The notes under the pieces: generated by a model
What the model saw: the letters and a program-made list of their open reading frames with translations, nothing else
Database searches by the model: none
What the model was told of the DNA's origin: nothing
Made by a program: the position numbers and the translations under genes
Part shown: positions 62,428 to 64,000 of the stretch, piece after piece
Layout: every line of letters begins with the position of its first letter
How positions within the stretch are numbered: the stretch's first letter is position 1
Source of the DNA: Lophium mytilinum
Taxonomy: Eukaryota
NCBI GenBank assembly: GCA_010093605.1
Contig: MU004188.1
Location: forward strand, 499,673 to 563,672
Length of the DNA stretch: 64,000 bases
Direction of reading: 5' to 3'

Positions 62428-64000
62428 ATGCGCGAAATCGTACGTCTACACGCTCTCAGCAGTCTCTGTTTTTGCGCGTCCCCTGATTGCCCCGCGTTCA
62501 TCCAGGCACCACCCATAACAGTTGAACACTCTGCTAACCACCTTTTCTCGCGTATAGGTCCATCTCCAGACCGGCCAATGTGTAAGAGATCCTCCCTGAT
62601 TGATATTTTGGTCCACATCGCTGACAATTTGCAGGGCAACCAAATTGGTGCTGCCTTCTGGTGCGTACACGCTAAACACGTCCAACGTCAACAATGGATA
62701 TATGGACTAACAGACCTCGTCCCGCAGGCAAACAATCTCTGGCGAGCACGGCCTTGATGGCTCTGGTGTGTAAGTGGACACAAACACTCACTTGGACAAG
62801 ATTTTGATGAATTCGGACTGACATCCGGCAGCTACAATGGCACCTCGGACCTTCAGCTTGAGCGTATGAACGTCTACTTCAATGAGGTATGTTTCAAGAA
62901 GCCCATCTTGTCTGATCCCGTGCATTCTAACATGAACAGGCGTCTGGCAACAAATTCGTCCCCCGTGCCGTCCTCGTCGACTTGGAACCCGGCACCATGG
63001 ACGCCGTTCGCGCCGGTCCTTTCGGCCAGCTTTTCCGCCCTGACAACTTCGTTTTCGGCCAATCCGGTGCTGGAAACAACTGGGCTAAGGGCCATTACAC
63101 CGAGGGTGCTGAGTTGGTGGACCAGGTTCTCGACGTTGTTCGTCGTGAAGCCGAGGGATGCGACTGCCTCCAGGGCTTCCAGATCACCCACTCCCTCGGT
63201 GGTGGAACTGGTGCCGGTATGGGCACGTTGTTGATCTCCAAGATCCGCGAGGAGTTCCCCGACCGCATGATGGCCACGTTCTCCGTTGTGCCATCCCCCA
63301 AGGTGTCGGATACCGTTGTCGAGCCGTACAACGCTACTCTCTCCGTCCATCAGTTGGTCGAGAACTCTGATGAGACTTTCTGCATTGACAACGAGGTTCG
63401 TGGCTCTGAGAGAAGCTTTTGCATTTAGACTAACGCAATCAGGCTCTCTACGATATCTGCATGAGGACTCTCAAGCTGAACAACCCATCCTACGGCGACC
63501 TGAACCATCTGGTTTCCGCTGTCATGTCGGGTGTCACCACTTGCCTGCGTTTCCCTGGTCAGCTCAACTCCGATCTCCGCAAGTTGGCTGTCAACATGGT
63601 TCCTTTCCCTCGTCTCCATTTCTTCATGGTTGGCTTCGCTCCTCTCACCAGCCGTGGTGCCCACTCCTTCCGTGCCGTTACCGTGCCGGAATTGACCCAG
63701 CAGATGTTCGACCCCAAGAACATGATGGCTGCGTCTGACTTCCGCAACGGCCGCTACCTGACTTGCTCTGCCATCTTGTAAGTGCATTAATGGAGCGTTA
63801 GATGTGAGCAAGTAGCTAACAGATAATCACAGCCGTGGCAAGGTCTCCATGAAGGAGGTCGAGGACCAGATGCGCAACGTACAGAACAAGAACTCCTCGT
63901 ACTTCGTTGAGTGGATCCCCAACAACGTCCAGACCGCGCTCTGCTCCATTCCTCCGCGTGGCCTTAAGATGTCCTCCACTTTCGTCGGCAATTCGACCTC
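62428..64000 (+). CDS. TUB2: Beta-tubulin (3' end runs off the window)
   Basis: [38 protein letters not shown] and [27 protein letters not shown]. Seven introns visible. Confidence 0.99.

Noticed and set aside
59483..64000. Prefoldin subunit near beta-tubulin (chaperone-client linkage), and the many head-to-head housekeeping pairs
   Set aside because: Divergent pairs and chance functional neighbours are ordinary in compact fungal genomes. The sequence gives no evidence of co-regulation.

Overview
Gene-dense genomic DNA of a filamentous ascomycete (Pezizomycotina, judged from short GT-AG introns with CTRAC/CTRAY branch sites and the beta-tubulin intron pattern). About 30 protein-coding loci are present. 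The housekeeping backbone comprises DBR1, an RPR2-like gene, ZPR1, VPS24, SBA1/p23, a HAD phosphatase, a TTC1-like gene, XAP5, TRM2, MRPS5, DAD3, NRC-2 kinase, MRE11, RSM19, TAF10, PFD1, an alkaline ceramidase and beta-tubulin. Two accessory-looking blocks interrupt it. Block 1 (about 7.4-18.7 kb) holds two divergently oriented NLR-like genes (SesB-like hydrolase-NB-ARC-TPR, and helical domain-NACHT-ankyrin) flanking a small 4-TM gene. Its TPR array shows a RIP-like signature and its ankyrin array is a higher-order repeat. Block 2 (about 25.9-37.3 kb) holds a frameshifted HET-domain gene with C-terminal TM helices, an mpaB-like oxygenase, an F-box/LRR-like pseudogene and a minimal single-RRM gene. 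An uncharacterised low-complexity protein at 46.3-49.8 kb carries PAM2-like and eIF4E-binding-like motifs. No tRNA, rRNA, CRISPR array or intact transposon was recognised. All exon boundaries and family calls were made by eye, without database searches.
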